Source of the DNA: Heterodontus francisci
Lineage: Eukaryota
Assembly: GCF_036365525.1 (NCBI RefSeq)
Contig: NW_027140485.1
Location: 992,001-1,056,000, forward strand
Length of the DNA: 64,000 bases
Direction: 5' to 3'
Shown here: piece by piece, positions 34,930-49,900 of the stretch
Numbering within the stretch: the stretch's first letter is position 1
Layout: the number at the start of each line of letters is the position of its first letter
Program-made: the position numbers and the translations under genes
The notes under the pieces: generated by a model
Seen by the model: the letters and a program-made list of their open reading frames with translations, nothing else
What the model was told of the DNA's origin: nothing
Database searches by the model: none

Positions 34930-37900
34930 TGTGGGGTACAGCTGTGGAAAACGTGGGGTACAGCCAGGAAATGGAGGGGGACAGCTATGGAAATGGTGGG
35001 GTACAACTGTGGAAATGGTGGGGTACAGCTGTGACAATGGTGGGGTACAACTGTGGAAATGGTGGGGTACAGCCAGGAAATGGTGGGGTACAGCTGTGGA
35101 AATGGTGGGGTACAACTGTGGAAATGGTGGGGTCCAGCTATGGAAATGGTGGGGTACAACTGTGGAAATGGTGGGGTACAGCTGTGACAATGGTGGGGTA
35201 TAGCCAAGAAATGGTGGGGTACAACTGTGGAAATGGTGGGGTACAGCTGTGGAAATAGTGGGGTACAACTGTGGAAATGGTGGGGTACAACTGTGGAAAT
35301 GGTGGGGTACAGCTGTGGAAATGGTGGGGTAAAACTGTGGAAATGGTGGGGTACAGCTGTGGAAATAGTGGGGTACAGCTGTGACAATGGAGGGGTACAG
35401 CTGTGGAAATGGTGGGGTACAGCTGTGACAATGGTGGGGTACAGCTGTGGAAATGGTGGGGTACAGCTGTGACAATGGTGGGGTATAGCCAAGAAATGGT
35501 GGGGTACAACTGTGGAAATGGTGGGGTACAGCTGTGGAAATAGAGGGGTACAGCTGTGACAATGGTGGGGTACAGCTGTGGAAATGGTGGGGTACAGCTG
35601 TGACAATGGTGGGGTACAGCTGTGACAATGGTGGGATACAGCTGTGACAATGGTGGGTATAGCCAGGAAATGGTGGGGTACAGCTGTGACAATGGTGGGT
35701 ATAGCCAGGAAATGTTGGGGTACAGAAGTGACAATGGTGGGGTATAGCCAGGAAATGTTGGGGTACGGCTGTGACAATGGTGGGTATAGCCAGGAAATGT
35801 TGTGGTACAGCTGTGACAATAGTGGGGTACAGCTGTGACAATGGCGGGTATAGCCAGGAAATGTTGGGGTACAGCTGTGACAATGGTGGGGTATAGCCAG
35901 GAAATGTTGGGGTACAGCTGTGGAAATGGTGGGGTACAGTTGTGGAAATGTTGGGGTACAGCTGTGGAAATGGTGGGGTACAGCCAGGAAATGGTGGGGT
36001 ACAGCTGTGGAAATGGTGGGGGTACAACCATGGAAATGGTGGGGTACAGTGTGGAAATGAAGGGGTACAGCCAGGAAATGGTGGGGTACTGCTGTGACAA
36101 TGGTGGGATACAGCTGTGACAACGGTGGGGTACAGCTGTGACAATGGTGGGGTATAGCCAGGAAATGTTGGGGTACAGCTGTGGAAATGGTGGGGTGCAG
36201 CTGTGGAAATGGAGGGGCACAGCTGTGACAATGGTGGGGTATAGCCAGGAAATGTTGGGGTACAGCTGTGGAAATGGTGGGGTGCAGCTGTGGAAATGGT
36301 GGGGCACAGCTGTGACAATGGTGGGGTATAGCCAGGAAATGTTGGGGTACAGCTGTGGAAATGGTGGGGTACAGCTGTGGAAATGTTGGGGTACAGCTGT
36401 GGAAATGGTGGGGTGCAGCTGTGGAAATGGTGGGGTACAGCTGTGGAAATGGTGGCGTACAGCCAGGAAATGGTGGGGTACAGCTGTGGAAATGGTGAGG
36501 GTACAACTGTGGAAATGGTGGGGTACAGCTGTGACAATGGTGGGGTACAGCTGTGACAATGGTGGGATACAGCTGTGACAATGGTGGGTATAGCCAGGAA
36601 ATGTTGGGGTACAGCTGTGACAATGGTGGGGTGCAGCTGTGACAATGGTGGGGTACAGCTGTGACAATGGTGGGGTATAGCCAGGAAATGTTGGGGTACA
36701 GAAGTGACAATGGTGGGGTATAGCCAGGAAATGTTGGGGTACAGCTGTGGAAATGGTGGGGTGCAGCTGTGACAATGGTGGGGTACAGCTGTGACAATGG
36801 TGGGGTATAGCCAGGAAATGTTGGGGTACAGCTGTGGAAATGGTGGGGTACAGTTGTGGAAATGTTGGGGTACAGCTGTGGAAATGGTGGGGTACAGCCA
36901 GGAAATGGTGGGGTACAGCTGTGGAAATGGTGGGGGTCCAACCATGGAAATGGTGGGGTACAGTGTGGAAATGAAGGGGTACAGCCAGGAAATGGTGGGG
37001 TACAGCTGTGACAATGGTGGGATACAGCTGTGACAACGGTGGGGTACAGCTGTGACAATGGTGGGGTATAGCCAGGAAATGTTGGGGTACAGCTGTGGAA
37101 ATGGTGGGGTGCAGCTGTGGAAATGGTGGGGCACAGCTGTGACAATGGTGGGGTATAGCCAGGAAATGTTGGGGTACAGCTGTGGAAATGGTGGGGTACA
37201 GCTGTGGAAATGTTGGGGTACAGCTGTGGAAATGGTGGGGTGCAGCTGTGGAAATGGTGGGGTACAGCTGTGGAAATGGTGGGGTACAGCTGTGGCTAAG
37301 GTGGGGTATAGCTGTGGAAATGGTGGGGTATAGCCAGGAAATGTTGGGGTATAGCTGTGACAATGGTGGGTATAGCCAGGAAATGTTGGGGTACAGAAGT
37401 GACAATGGTGGGGTATAGCCAGGAAATGTTGGGGTACGGCTGTGACAATGGTGGGTATAGCCAGGAAATGTTGTGGTACAGCTGTGACAATAGTGGGGTA
37501 CAGCTGTGACAATGGCGGGTATAGCCAGGAAATGTTGGGGTACAGCTGTGACAATGGTGGGGTATAGCCAGGAAATGTTGGGGTACAGCTGTGGAAATGG
37601 TGGGGTACAGTTGTGGAAATGTTGGGGTACAGCTGTGGAAATGGTGGGGTACAGCCAGGAAATGGTGGGGTACAGCTGTGGAAATGGTGGGGGTACAACC
37701 ATGGAAATGGTGGGGTACAGTGTGGAAATGAAGGGGTACAGCCAGGAAATGGTGGGGTACTGCTGTGACAATGGTGGGATACAGCTGTGACAACGGTGGG
37801 GTACAGCTGTGACAATGGTGGGGTATAGCCAGGAAATGTTGGGGTACAGCTGTGGAAATGGTGGGGTGCAGCTGTGGAAATGGAGGGGCACAGCTGTGAC

Positions 37901-40900
37901 AATGGTGGGGTATAGCCAGGAAATGTTGGGGTACAGCTGTGGAAATGGTGGGGTGCAGCTGTGGAAATGGTGGGGCACAGCTGTGACAATGGTGGGGTAT
38001 AGCCAGGAAATGTTGGGGTACAGCTGTGGAAATGGTGGGGTACAGCTGTGGAAATGTTGGGGTACAGCTGTGGAAATGGTGGGGTGCAGCTGTGGAAATG
38101 GTGGGGTACAGCTGTGGAAATGGTGGCGTACAGCCAGGAAATGGTGGGGTACAGCTGTGGAAATGGTGAGGGTACAACTGTGGAAATGGTGGGGTACAGC
38201 TGTGACAATGGTGGGGTACAGCTGTGACAATGGTGGGATACAGCTGTGACAATGGTGGGTATAGCCAGGAAATGTTGGGGTACAGCTGTGACAATGGTGG
38301 GGTGCAGCTGTGACAATGGTGGGGTACAGCTGTGACAATGGTGGGGTATAGCCAGGAAATGTTGGGGTACAGAAGTGACAATGGTGGGGTATAGCCAGGA
38401 AATGTTGGGGTACAGCTGTGGAAATGGTGGGGTGCAGCTGTGACAATGGTGGGGTACAGCTGTGACAATGGTGGGGTATAGCCAGGAAATGTTGGGGTAC
38501 AGCTGTGGAAATGGTGGGGTACAGTTGTGGAAATGTTGGGGTACAGCTGTGGAAATGGTGGGGTACAGCCAGGAAATGGTGGGGTACAGCTGTGGAAATG
38601 GTGGGGGTCCAACCATGGAAATGGTGGGGTACAGTGTGGAAATGAAGGGGTACAGCCAGGAAATGGTGGGGTACAGCTGTGACAATGGTGGGATACAGCT
38701 GTGACAACGGTGGGGTACAGCTGTGACAATGGTGGGGTATAGCCAGGAAATGTTGGGGTACAGCTGTGGAAATGGTGGGGTGCAGCTGTGGAAATGGTGG
38801 GGCACAGCTGTGACAATGGTGGGGTATAGCCAGGAAATGTTGGGGTACAGCTGTGGAAATGGTGGGGTACAGCTGTGGAAATGTTGGGGTACAGCTGTGG
38901 AAATGGTGGGGTGCAGCTGTGGAAATGGTGGGGTACAGCTGTGGAAATGGTGGGGTACAGCTGTGGCTAAGGTGGGGTATAGCTGTGGAAATGGTGGGGT
39001 ATAGCCAGGAAATGTTGGGGTATAGCTGTGACAATGGTGGGGTATAGCCAGGAAATGTTGGGGTACAGCTGTGACAATGGTGTGGTATAGCCAGGAAATG
39101 TTGGGGTACAGCTGTGGAAATGGTGGGGTGCAGCTGTGACAATGGTGGGGTATAGCCAGGAAATGTTGGGGTACAGCTGTGACGATGGTGGGGTATAGCC
39201 AGGAAATGTTGGGGTACAGCTGTGACAATGGTGGGATATAGCCAAGAAATGTTGGGGTACAGCTGTGACAATGGTGGGGTATAGCCAGGAAATGTTGGGG
39301 TACAGCTGTGGAAATGGTGGGGTGCAGCTGTGACAATGGTGGGGTATAGCCAGGAAATGTTGGGGTACAGCTGTGACGATGGTGGGGTATAGCCAGGAAA
39401 TGTTGGGGTACAGCTGGGACAATGGTGGGGTATAGCCAGGAAATGTTGGGGTACAGCTGTGGAAATGGTGGGGTGCAGCTGTGACAATGGTGGGGTACAG
39501 CTGTGACAATGGTGGGGTATAGCCAGGAAATGTTGGGGTACAGCTGTGGAAATGGTGGGGTACAGTTGTGGAAATGTTGGGGTACAGCTGTGGAAATGGT
39601 GGGGTACAGCCAGGAAATGGTGGGGTACAGCTGTGGAAATGGTGGGGGTACAACCATGGAAATGGTGGGGTACAGTGTGGAAATGAAGGGGTACAGCCAG
39701 GAAATGGTGGGGTACAGCTGTGACAATGGTGGGATACAGCTGTGACAACGGTGGGGTACAGCTGTGACAATGGTGGGGTATAGCCAGGAAATGTTGGGGT
39801 ACAGCTGTGGAAATGGTGGGGTGCAGCTGTGGAAATGGTGGGGCACAGCTGTGACAATGGTGGGGTATAGCCAGGAAATGTTGGGGTACAGCTGTGGAAA
39901 TGGTGGGGTGCAGCTGTGGAAATGGTGGGGTACAGCTGTGACAATGGTGGGGTATAGCCAGGAAATGTTGGGGTACAGCTGTGGAAATGTTGGGGTACAG
40001 CTGTGGAAATGGTGGGGTACAGCTGTGGAAATGTTGGGGTACAGCTGTGGAAATGGTGGGGTGCAGCTGTGGAAATGGTGGGCTACAGCTGTGGAAATGG
40101 TGGCGTACAGCCAGGAAATGGTGGGGTACAGCTGTGGAAATGGTGGGGGTACAGCTGTGGAAATGGTGGGGTACAGCCAGGAAATGGTGGGGTACAGCTG
40201 TGGAAATGGTGGGGGTCCAACCATGGAAATGGTGGGGTACAGTGTGGAAATGAAGGGGTACAGCCAGGAAATGGTGGGGTACAGCTGTGACAATGGTGGG
40301 ATACAGCTGTGACAACGGGGGGGTACAGCTGTGACAATGGTGGGGTATAGCCAGGAAATGTTGGGGTACAGCTGTGGAAATGGTGGGGTGCAGCTGTGGA
40401 AATGGTGGGGCACAGCTGTGACAATGGTGGGGTATAGCCAGGAAATGTTGGGGTACAGCTGTGGAAATGGTGGGGTACAGCTGTGGAAATGTTGGGGTAC
40501 AGCTGTGGAAATGGTGGGGTGCAGCTGTGGAAATGGTGGGGTACAGCTGTGGAAATGGTGGGGTACAGCTGTGGCTAAGGTGGGGTATAGCTGTGGAAAT
40601 GGTGGGGTATAGCCAGGAAATGTTGGGGTATAGCTGTGACAATGGTGGGGTATAGCCAGGAAATGTTGGGGTACAGCTGTGGAAATGGTGGGGTACAGTT
40701 GTGGAAATGTTGGGGTACAGCTGTGGAAATGGTGGGGTACAGCCAGGAAATGGTGGGGTACAGCTGTGGAAATGGTGGGGTACAGTGTGGAAATGAAGGG
40801 GTACAGCCAGGAAATGGTGGGGTACTGCTGTGACAATGGTGGGATACAGCTGTGACAACGGTGGGGTACAGCTGTGACAATGGTGGGGTATAGCCAGGAA

Positions 40901-43900
40901 ATGTTGGGGTACAGCTGTGGAAATGGTGGGGTGCAGCTGTGGAAATGGAGGGGCACAGCTGTGACAATGGTGGGTATAGCCAGGAAATGTTGTGGTACAG
41001 CTGTGACAATAGTGGGGTACAGCTGTGACAATGGCGGGTATAGCCAGGAAATGTTGGGGTACAGCTGTGACAATGGTGGGGTATAGCCAGGAAATGTTGG
41101 GGTACAGCTGTGGAAATGGTGGGGTACAGTTGTGGAAATGTTGGGGTACAGCTGTGGAAATGGTGGGGTACAGCCAGGAAATGGTGGGGTACAGCTGTGG
41201 AAATGGTGGGGGTACAACCATGGAAATGGTGGGGTACAGTGTGGAAATGAAGGGGTACAGCCAGGAAATGGTGGGGTACTGCTGTGACAATGGTGGGATA
41301 CAGCTGTGACAACGGTGGGGTACAGCTGTGACAATGGTGGGGTATAGCCAGGAAATGTTGGGGTACAGCTGTGGAAATGGTGGGGTGCAGCTGTGGAAAT
41401 GGAGGGGCACAGCTGTGACAATGGTGGGGTATAGCCAGGAAATGTTGGGGTACAGCTGTGGAAATGGTGGGGTGCAGCTGTGGAAATGGTGGGGCACAGC
41501 TGTGACAATGGTGGGGTATAGCCAGGAAATGTTGGGGTACAGCTGTGGAAATGGTGGGGTACAGCTGTGGAAATGTTGGGGTACAGCTGTGGAAATGGTG
41601 GGGTGCAGCTGTGGAAATGGTGGGGTACAGCTGTGGAAATGGTGGCGTACAGCCAGGAAATGGTGGGGTACAGCTGTGGAAATGGTGAGGGTACAACTGT
41701 GGAAATGGTGGGGTACAGCTGTGACAATGGTGGGGTACAGCTGTGACAATGGTGGGATACAGCTGTGACAATGGTGGGTATAGCCAGGAAATGTTGGGGT
41801 ACAGCTGTGACAATGGTGGGGTGCAGCTGTGACAATGGTGGGGTACAGCTGTGACAATGGTGGGGTATAGCCAGGAAATGTTGGGGTACAGAAGTGACAA
41901 TGGTGGGGTATAGCCAGGAAATGTTGGGGTACAGCTGTGGAAATGGTGGGGTGCAGCTGTGACAATGGTGGGGTACAGCTGTGACAATGGTGGGGTATAG
42001 CCAGGAAATGTTGGGGTACAGCTGTGGAAATGGTGGGGTACAGTTGTGGAAATGTTGGGGTACAGCTGTGGAAATGGTGGGGTACAGCCAGGAAATGGTG
42101 GGGTACAGCTGTGGAAATGGTGGGGGTCCAACCATGGAAATGGTGGGGTACAGTGTGGAAATGAAGGGGTACAGCCAGGAAATGGTGGGGTACAGCTGTG
42201 ACAATGGTGGGATACAGCTGTGACAACGGTGGGGTACAGCTGTGACAATGGTGGGGTATAGCCAGGAAATGTTGGGGTACAGCTGTGGAAATGGTGGGGT
42301 GCAGCTGTGGAAATGGTGGGGCACAGCTGTGACAATGGTGGGGTATAGCCAGGAAATGTTGGGGTACAGCTGTGGAAATGGTGGGGTACAGCTGTGGAAA
42401 TGTTGGGGTACAGCTGTGGAAATGGTGGGGTGCAGCTGTGGAAATGGTGGGGTACAGCTGTGGAAATGGTGGGGTACAGCTGTGGCTAAGGTGGGGTATA
42501 GCTGTGGAAATGGTGGGGTATAGCCAGGAAATGTTGGGGTATAGCTGTGACAATGGTGGGGTATAGCCAGGAAATGTTGGGGTACAGCTGTGACAATGGT
42601 GTGGTATAGCCAGGAAATGTTGGGGTACAGCTGTGGAAATGGTGGGGTGCAGCTGTGACAATGGTGGGGTATAGCCAGGAAATGTTGGGGTACAGCTGTG
42701 ACGATGGTGGGGTATAGCCAGGAAATGTTGGGGTACAGCTGTGACAATGGTGGGATATAGCCAAGAAATGTTGGGGTACAGCTGTGACAATGGTGGGGTA
42801 TAGCCAGGAAATGTTGGGGTACAGCTGTGGAAATGGTGGGGTGCAGCTGTGACAATGGTGGGGTATAGCCAGGAAATGTTGGGGTACAGCTGTGACGATG
42901 GTGGGGTATAGCCAGGAAATGTTGGGGTACAGCTGGGACAATGGTGGGGTATAGCCAGGAAATGTTGGGGTACAGCTGTGGAAATGGTGGGGTGCAGCTG
43001 TGACAATGGTGGGGTACAGCTGTGACAATGGTGGGGTATAGCCAGGAAATGTTGGGGTACAGCTGTGGAAATGGTGGGGTACAGTTGTGGAAATGTTGGG
43101 GTACAGCTGTGGAAATGGTGGGGTACAGCCAGGAAATGGTGGGGTACAGCTGTGGAAATGGTGGGGGTACAACCATGGAAATGGTGGGGTACAGTGTGGA
43201 AATGAAGGGGTACAGCCAGGAAATGGTGGGGTACAGCTGTGACAATGGTGGGATACAGCTGTGACAACGGTGGGGTACAGCTGTGACAATGGTGGGGTAT
43301 AGCCAGGAAATGTTGGGGTACAGCTGTGGAAATGGTGGGGTGCAGCTGTGGAAATGGTGGGGCACAGCTGTGACAATGGTGGGGTATAGCCAGGAAATGT
43401 TGGGGTACAGCTGTGGAAATGGTGGGGTGCAGCTGTGGAAATGGTGGGGTACAGCTGTGACAATGGTGGGGTATAGCCAGGAAATGTTGGGGTACAGCTG
43501 TGGAAATGTTGGGGTACAGCTGTGGAAATGGTGGGGTACAGCTGTGGAAATGTTGGGGTACAGCTGTGGAAATGGTGGGGTGCAGCTGTGGAAATGGTGG
43601 GGTACAGCTGTGGAAATGGTGGCGTACAGCCAGGAAATGGTGGGGTACAGCTGTGGAAATGGTGGGGGTACAGCTGTGGAAATGGTGGGGTACAGCCAGG
43701 AAATGGTGGGGTACAGCTGTGGAAATGGTGGGGGTCCAACCATGGAAATGGTGGGGTACAGTGTGGAAATGAAGGGGTACAGCCAGGAAATGGTGGGGTA
43801 CAGCTGTGACAATGGTGGGATACAGCTGTGACAACGGGGGGGTACAGCTGTGACAATGGTGGGGTATAGCCAGGAAATGTTGGGGTACAGCTGTGGAAAT

Positions 43901-46900
43901 GGTGGGGTGCAGCTGTGGAAATGGTGGGGCACAGCTGTGACAATGGTGGGGTATAGCCAGGAAATGTTGGGGTACAGCTGTGGAAATGGTGGGGTACAGC
44001 TGTGGAAATGTTGGGGTACAGCTGTGGAAATGGTGGGGTGCAGCTGTGGAAATGGTGGGGTACAGCTGTGGAAATGGTGGGGTACAGCTGTGGCTAAGGT
44101 GGGGTATAGCTGTGGAAATGGTGGGGTATAGCCAGGAAATGTTGGGGTATAGCTGTGACAATGGTGGGGTATAGCCAGGAAATGTTGGGGTACAGCTGTG
44201 ACAATGGTGTGGTATAGCCAGGAAATGTTGGGGTACAGCTGTGGAAATGGTGGGGTGCAGCTGTGACAATGGTGGGGTATAGCCAGGAAATGTTGGGGTA
44301 CAGCTGTGACGATGGTGGGGTATAGCCAGGAAATGTTGGGGTACAGCTGTGGAAATGGTGGGGTGCAGCTGTGACAATGGTGGGGTATAGCCAGGAAATG
44401 TTGGGGTACAGCTGTGACGATGGTGGGGTATAGCCAGGAAATGTTGGGGTACAGCTGGGACAATGGTGGGGTATAGCCAGGAAATGTTGGGGTACAGCTG
44501 TGGAAATGGTGGGGTGCAGCTGTGACAATGGTGGGGTACAGCTGTGACAATGGTGGGGTATAGCCAGGAAATGTTGGGGTACAGCTGTGGAAATGGTGGG
44601 GTACAGTTGTGGAAATGTTGGGGTACAGCTGTGGAAATGGTGGGGTACAGCCAGGAAATGGTGGGGTACAGCTGTGGAAATGGTGGGGGTACAACCATGG
44701 AAATGGTGGGGTACAGTGTGGAAATGAAGGGGTACAGCCAGGAAATGGTGGGGTACAGCTGTGACAATGGTGGGATACAGCTGTGACAACGGTGGGGTAC
44801 AGCTGTGACAATGGTGGGGTATAGCCAGGAAATGTTGGGGTACAGCTGTGGAAATGGTGGGGTGCAGCTGTGGAAATGGTGGGGCACAGCTGTGACAATG
44901 GTGGGGTATAGCCAGGAAATGTTGGGGTACAGCTGTGGAAATGGTGGGGTGCAGCTGTGGAAATGGTGGGGTACAGCTGTGACAATGGTGGGGTATAGCC
45001 AGGAAATGTTGGGGTACAGCTGTGGAAATGTTGGGGTACAGCTGTGGAAATGGTGGGGTACAGCTGTGGAAATGTTGGGGTACAGCTGTGGAAATGGTGG
45101 GGTGCAGCTGTGGAAATGGTGGGGTACAGCTGTGGAAATGGTGGCGTACAGCCAGGAAATGGTGGGGTACAGCTGTGGAAATGGTGGGGGTACAACTGTG
45201 GAAATGCTGGGATACAGCTGTGACAATGGTGGGATACAGCTGTGACAATGGTGGGTATAGCCAGGAAATGTTGGGGTACAGCTGTGACAATGGTGGGTAT
45301 AGCCAGGAAATGTTGGGGTACAGAAGTGACAATGGTGGGGTATAGCCAGGAAATGTTGGGGTACAGAAGTGACAATGGTGGGGTATAGCCAGGAAATGTT
45401 GGGGTACGGCTGTGACAATGGTGGGTATAGCCAGGAAATGTTGTGGTACAGCTGTGACAATAGTGGGGTACAGCTGTGACAATGGCGGGTATAGCCAGGA
45501 AATGTTGGGGTACAGCTGTGACAATGGTGGGGTATAGCCAGGAAATGTTGGGGTACAGCTGTGGTAATGGTGGGGTACAGTTGTGGAAATGTTGGGGTAC
45601 AGCTGTGGAAATGGTGGGGTACAGCCAGGAAATGGTGGGGTACAGCTGTGGAAATGGTGGGGGTACAACCATGGAAATGGTGGCGTACAGTGTGGAAATG
45701 AAGGGGTACAGCCAGGAAATGGTGGGGTACAGCTGTGACAATGGTGGGATACAGCTGTGACAACGGTGGGGTACAGCTGTGACAATGGTGGGGTATAGCC
45801 AGGAAATGTTGGGGTACAGCTGTGGAAATGGTGGGGTGCAGCTGTGGAAATGGTGGGGCACAGCTGTGACAATGGTGGGGTATAGCCAGGAAATGTTGGG
45901 GTACAGCTGTGGAAATGGTGGGGTGCAGCTGTGGAAATGGTGGGGCACATCTGTGACAATAGTGGGGTATAGCCAGGAAATGTTGGGGTACAGCTGTGGA
46001 AATGTTGGGGTACAGCTGTGGAAATGGTGGGGTGCAACTGTGGAAATGGTGGGGTACAGCTGTGGAAATGGTGGCGTACAGCCAGGAAATGGTGGGGTAC
46101 AGCTGTGGAAATGGTGGGGTACAGCTGTGACAATGGTGGGGTACAGCTGTGACAATGGTGGGATACAGCTGTGACAATGGTGGGTATAGTCAGGAAATGT
46201 TGGGGTACAGCTGTGACAATGGTGGGTATAGCCAGGAAATGTTGGGGTACAGAAGTGACAATGGTGGGGTATAGCCAGGAAATGTTGGGGTACAGAAGTG
46301 ACAATGGTGGGGTATAGCCAGGAAATGTTGGGGTACGGCTGTGACAATGGTGGGTATAGCCAGGAAATGTTGTGGTACAGCTGTGACAATAGTGGGGTAC
46401 AGCTGTGAGAATGGCGGGTATAGCCAGGAAATGTTGGGGTACAGCTGTGACAATGGTGGGGTACAGCTGTGACAATGGTGGGTATAGCCAGGAAATGTTG
46501 GGGTACAGAAGTGACAATGGTGGGGAAGAGCCAGAAAATGTTGGGGTACGGCTGTGACAATGGTGGGTATAGCCAGGAAATGTTGGGGTACAGCTGTGAC
46601 AATGGTGTGGTACAGCTGTGACAATGGTGGGTATAGCCAGGAAATGTTGGGGTACAGAAGTGACAATGGTGGGGTATAGCCAGGAAATGTTGGGGTACAG
46701 AAGTGACAATGGTGGGGTATAGCCAGGAAATGTTGGGGTACAGAAGTGACAATGGTGGGGTACAGCTATGACAATGGTGGGGTACAGCTGTTACAATGGT
46801 GGGTATAGCCAGGAAATGTTGGGGTACAGAAGTGACAATGGTGCGGTACAGCTATGACAATGGTGGGGTACAGCTGTTACAATGGTGGGTATAGCCAGGA

Positions 46901-49900
46901 AATGTTGGGGTACAGCTGTGACAATGGTGGGTATAGCCAGGAAATGTTGGGGTACAGAAGTGACAATGGTGGGGTACAGCTATGACAATGGTGGGGTACA
47001 GCTGTTACAATGGTGGGTATAGCCAGGAAATGTTGGGGTACAGAAGTGACAATGGTGCGGTACAGCTATGACAATGGTGGGGTACAGCTGTTACAATGGT
47101 GGGTATAGCCAGGAAATGTTGGGGTACAGCTGTGAAAATGGTGGGGTACAGCTGTGGCTAAGGTGGGGTATAGCTGTGGAAATGGTGGGGTATAGCCAGG
47201 AAATGTTGGGGTATAGCTGTGACAATGGTGGGGTATAGCCAGGAAATGTTGGGGTACAGCTGTGACAATGGTGTGGTATAGCCAGGAAATGTTGGGGTAC
47301 AGCTGTGGAAATGGTGGGGTGCAGCTGTGACAATGGTGGGGTATAGCCAGGAAATGTTGGGGTACAGCTGTGACGATGGTGGGGTATAGCCAGGAAATGT
47401 TGGGGTACAGCTGTGACAATGGTGGGATATAGCCAAGAAATGTTGGGGTACAGCTGTGACAATGGTGGGGTATAGCCAGGAAATGTTGGGGTACAGCTGT
47501 GGAAATGGTGGGGTGCAGCTGTGACAATGGTGGGGTATAGCCAGGAAATGTTGGGGTACAGCTGTGACGATGGTGGGGTATAGCCAGAAAATGTTGGGGT
47601 ACAGCTGGGACAATGGTGGGGTATAGCCGGGAAATGTTGGGGCACAGCTGTGGAAATGGTGGGGTGCAGCTGTGACAATGGTGGGGTACAGCTGTGACAA
47701 TGGTGGGGTATAGCCAGGAAATGTTGGGGTACAGCTGTGGAAATGGTGGAGTACAGTTGTGGAAATGTTGGGGTACAGCTGTGCAAATGGTGGGGTACAG
47801 CTGTGGAAATGTTGGGGTACAGCTGTGGAAATGGTGGGGTGCAGCTGTGGAAATGGTGGGGTACAGCTGTGGAAATGGTGGCGTACAGCCAGGAAATGGT
47901 GGGGTACAGCTGTGGAAATGGTGGGGGTACAACTGTGGAAATGGTGGGGTACAGCTGTGACAATGGTGGGGTACAGCTGTGACAATGGTGGGATACAGCT
48001 GTGACAATGGTGGGTATAGCCAGGAAATGTTGGGGTACAGAAGTGACAATGGTGGGGTATAGCCAGGAAATGTTGGGGTACAGAAGTGACAATGGCGGGG
48101 TATAGCCAGGAAATGTTGGGGTACGGCTGTGACAATGGTGGGTATAGCCAGGAAATGTTGTGGTACAGCTGTGACAATAGTGGGGTACAGCTGTGACAAT
48201 GGCGGGTATAGCCAGGAAATGTTGGGGTACAGCTGTGACAATGGTGGGGTACAGCTGTGACAATGGTGGGTATAGCCAGGAAATGTTGGGGTACAGAAGT
48301 GACAATGGTGGGGAAGAGCCAGGAAATGTTGGGGTTCTGCTGTGACAATGGTGGGTATAGCCAGGAAATGTTGGGGTACAGCTGTGACAATGGTGGGTAT
48401 AGCCAGGAAATGTTGGGGTACAGAAGTGACAATGGTGGGGTATAGCCAGGAAATGTTGGGGTACAGCTGTGACAATGGTGGGTATAGCCAGGAAATGTTG
48501 GGGTACAGAAGTGACAATGGTGGGGTACAGCTATGACAATGGTGGGGTACAGCTGTTACAATGGTGGGTATAGCCAGGAAATGTTGGGGTACAGAAGTGA
48601 CAATGGTGGGGTACAGCTATGACAATGGTGGGGTACAGCTGTTACAATGGTGGGTATAGCCAGGAAATGTTGGGGTACAGCTGTGAAAATGGTGGGGTAC
48701 AGCTGTGGCTAAGGTGGGGTATAGCTGTGGAAATGGTGGGGTATAGCCAGGAAATGTTGGGGTAAAGCTGTGACAATGGTGGGGTATAGCCAGGAAATGT
48801 TGGGGTACAGCTGTGACAATGGTGTGGTATAGCCAGGAAATGTTGGGGTACAGCTGTGGAAATGGTGGGGTGCAGCTGTGACAATGGTGGGGTATAGCCA
48901 GGAAATGTTGGGGTACAGCTGTGACGATGGTGGGGTATAGCCAGGAAATGTTGGGGTACAGCTGTGACAATGGTGGGGTATAGCCAGGAAATGTTGGGGT
49001 ACAGCTGTGGAAATGGTGGGGTGCAGCTGTGACAATGGTGGGTACAGCTGTGACAATGGTGGGGCATAGCCAGGAAATGTTGGGGTACAGCTGTGGAAAT
49101 GGTGGGGCACAGCTGTGACAATGGTGGGGTATAGCCAGGAAATGTTGGGGTACAGCTGTGGAAATGTTGGGGTACAGCTGTGGAAATGGTGGGGTGCAGC
49201 TGTGGAAATGGTGGGGTACAGCTGTGGAAATGGTGGCGTACAGCCAGGAAATGGTGGGGTACAGCTGTGGAAATGGTGGGGGTACAACTGTGGAAATGGT
49301 GGGGTACAGCTGTGACAATGGTGGGGTACAGCTGTGACAATGGTGGGATACAGCTGTGACAATGGTGGGTATAGCCAGGAAATGTTGGGGTACAGAAGTG
49401 ACAATGGTGGGGTATAGCCAGGAAATGTTGGGGTACAGAAGTGACAATGGCGGGGTATAGCCAGGAAATGTTGGGGTACGGCTGTGACAATGGTGGGTAT
49501 AGCCAGGAAATGTTGTGGAACAGCTGTGACAATAGTGGGGTACAGCTGTGACAATGGCGGGTATAGCCAGGAAATGTTGGGGTACAGCTGTGACAATGGT
49601 GGGGTACAGCTGTGACAATGGTGGGTATAGCCAGGAAATGTTGGGGTACAGAAGTGACAATGGTGGGGAAGAGCCAGGAAATATTGGGGTTCTGCTGTGA
49701 CAATGGTGGGTATAGCCAGGAAATGTTGGGGTACAGCTGTGTCAATGGTGTGGTACAGCTGTGACAATGGTGGGTATAGCCAGGAAATGTTGGGGTACAG
49801 AAGTGACAATGGTGGGGTATAGCCAGGAAATGTTGGGGTACAGAAGTGACAATGGTGGGGTACAGCTATGACAATGGTGGGGTACAGCTGTTACAATGGT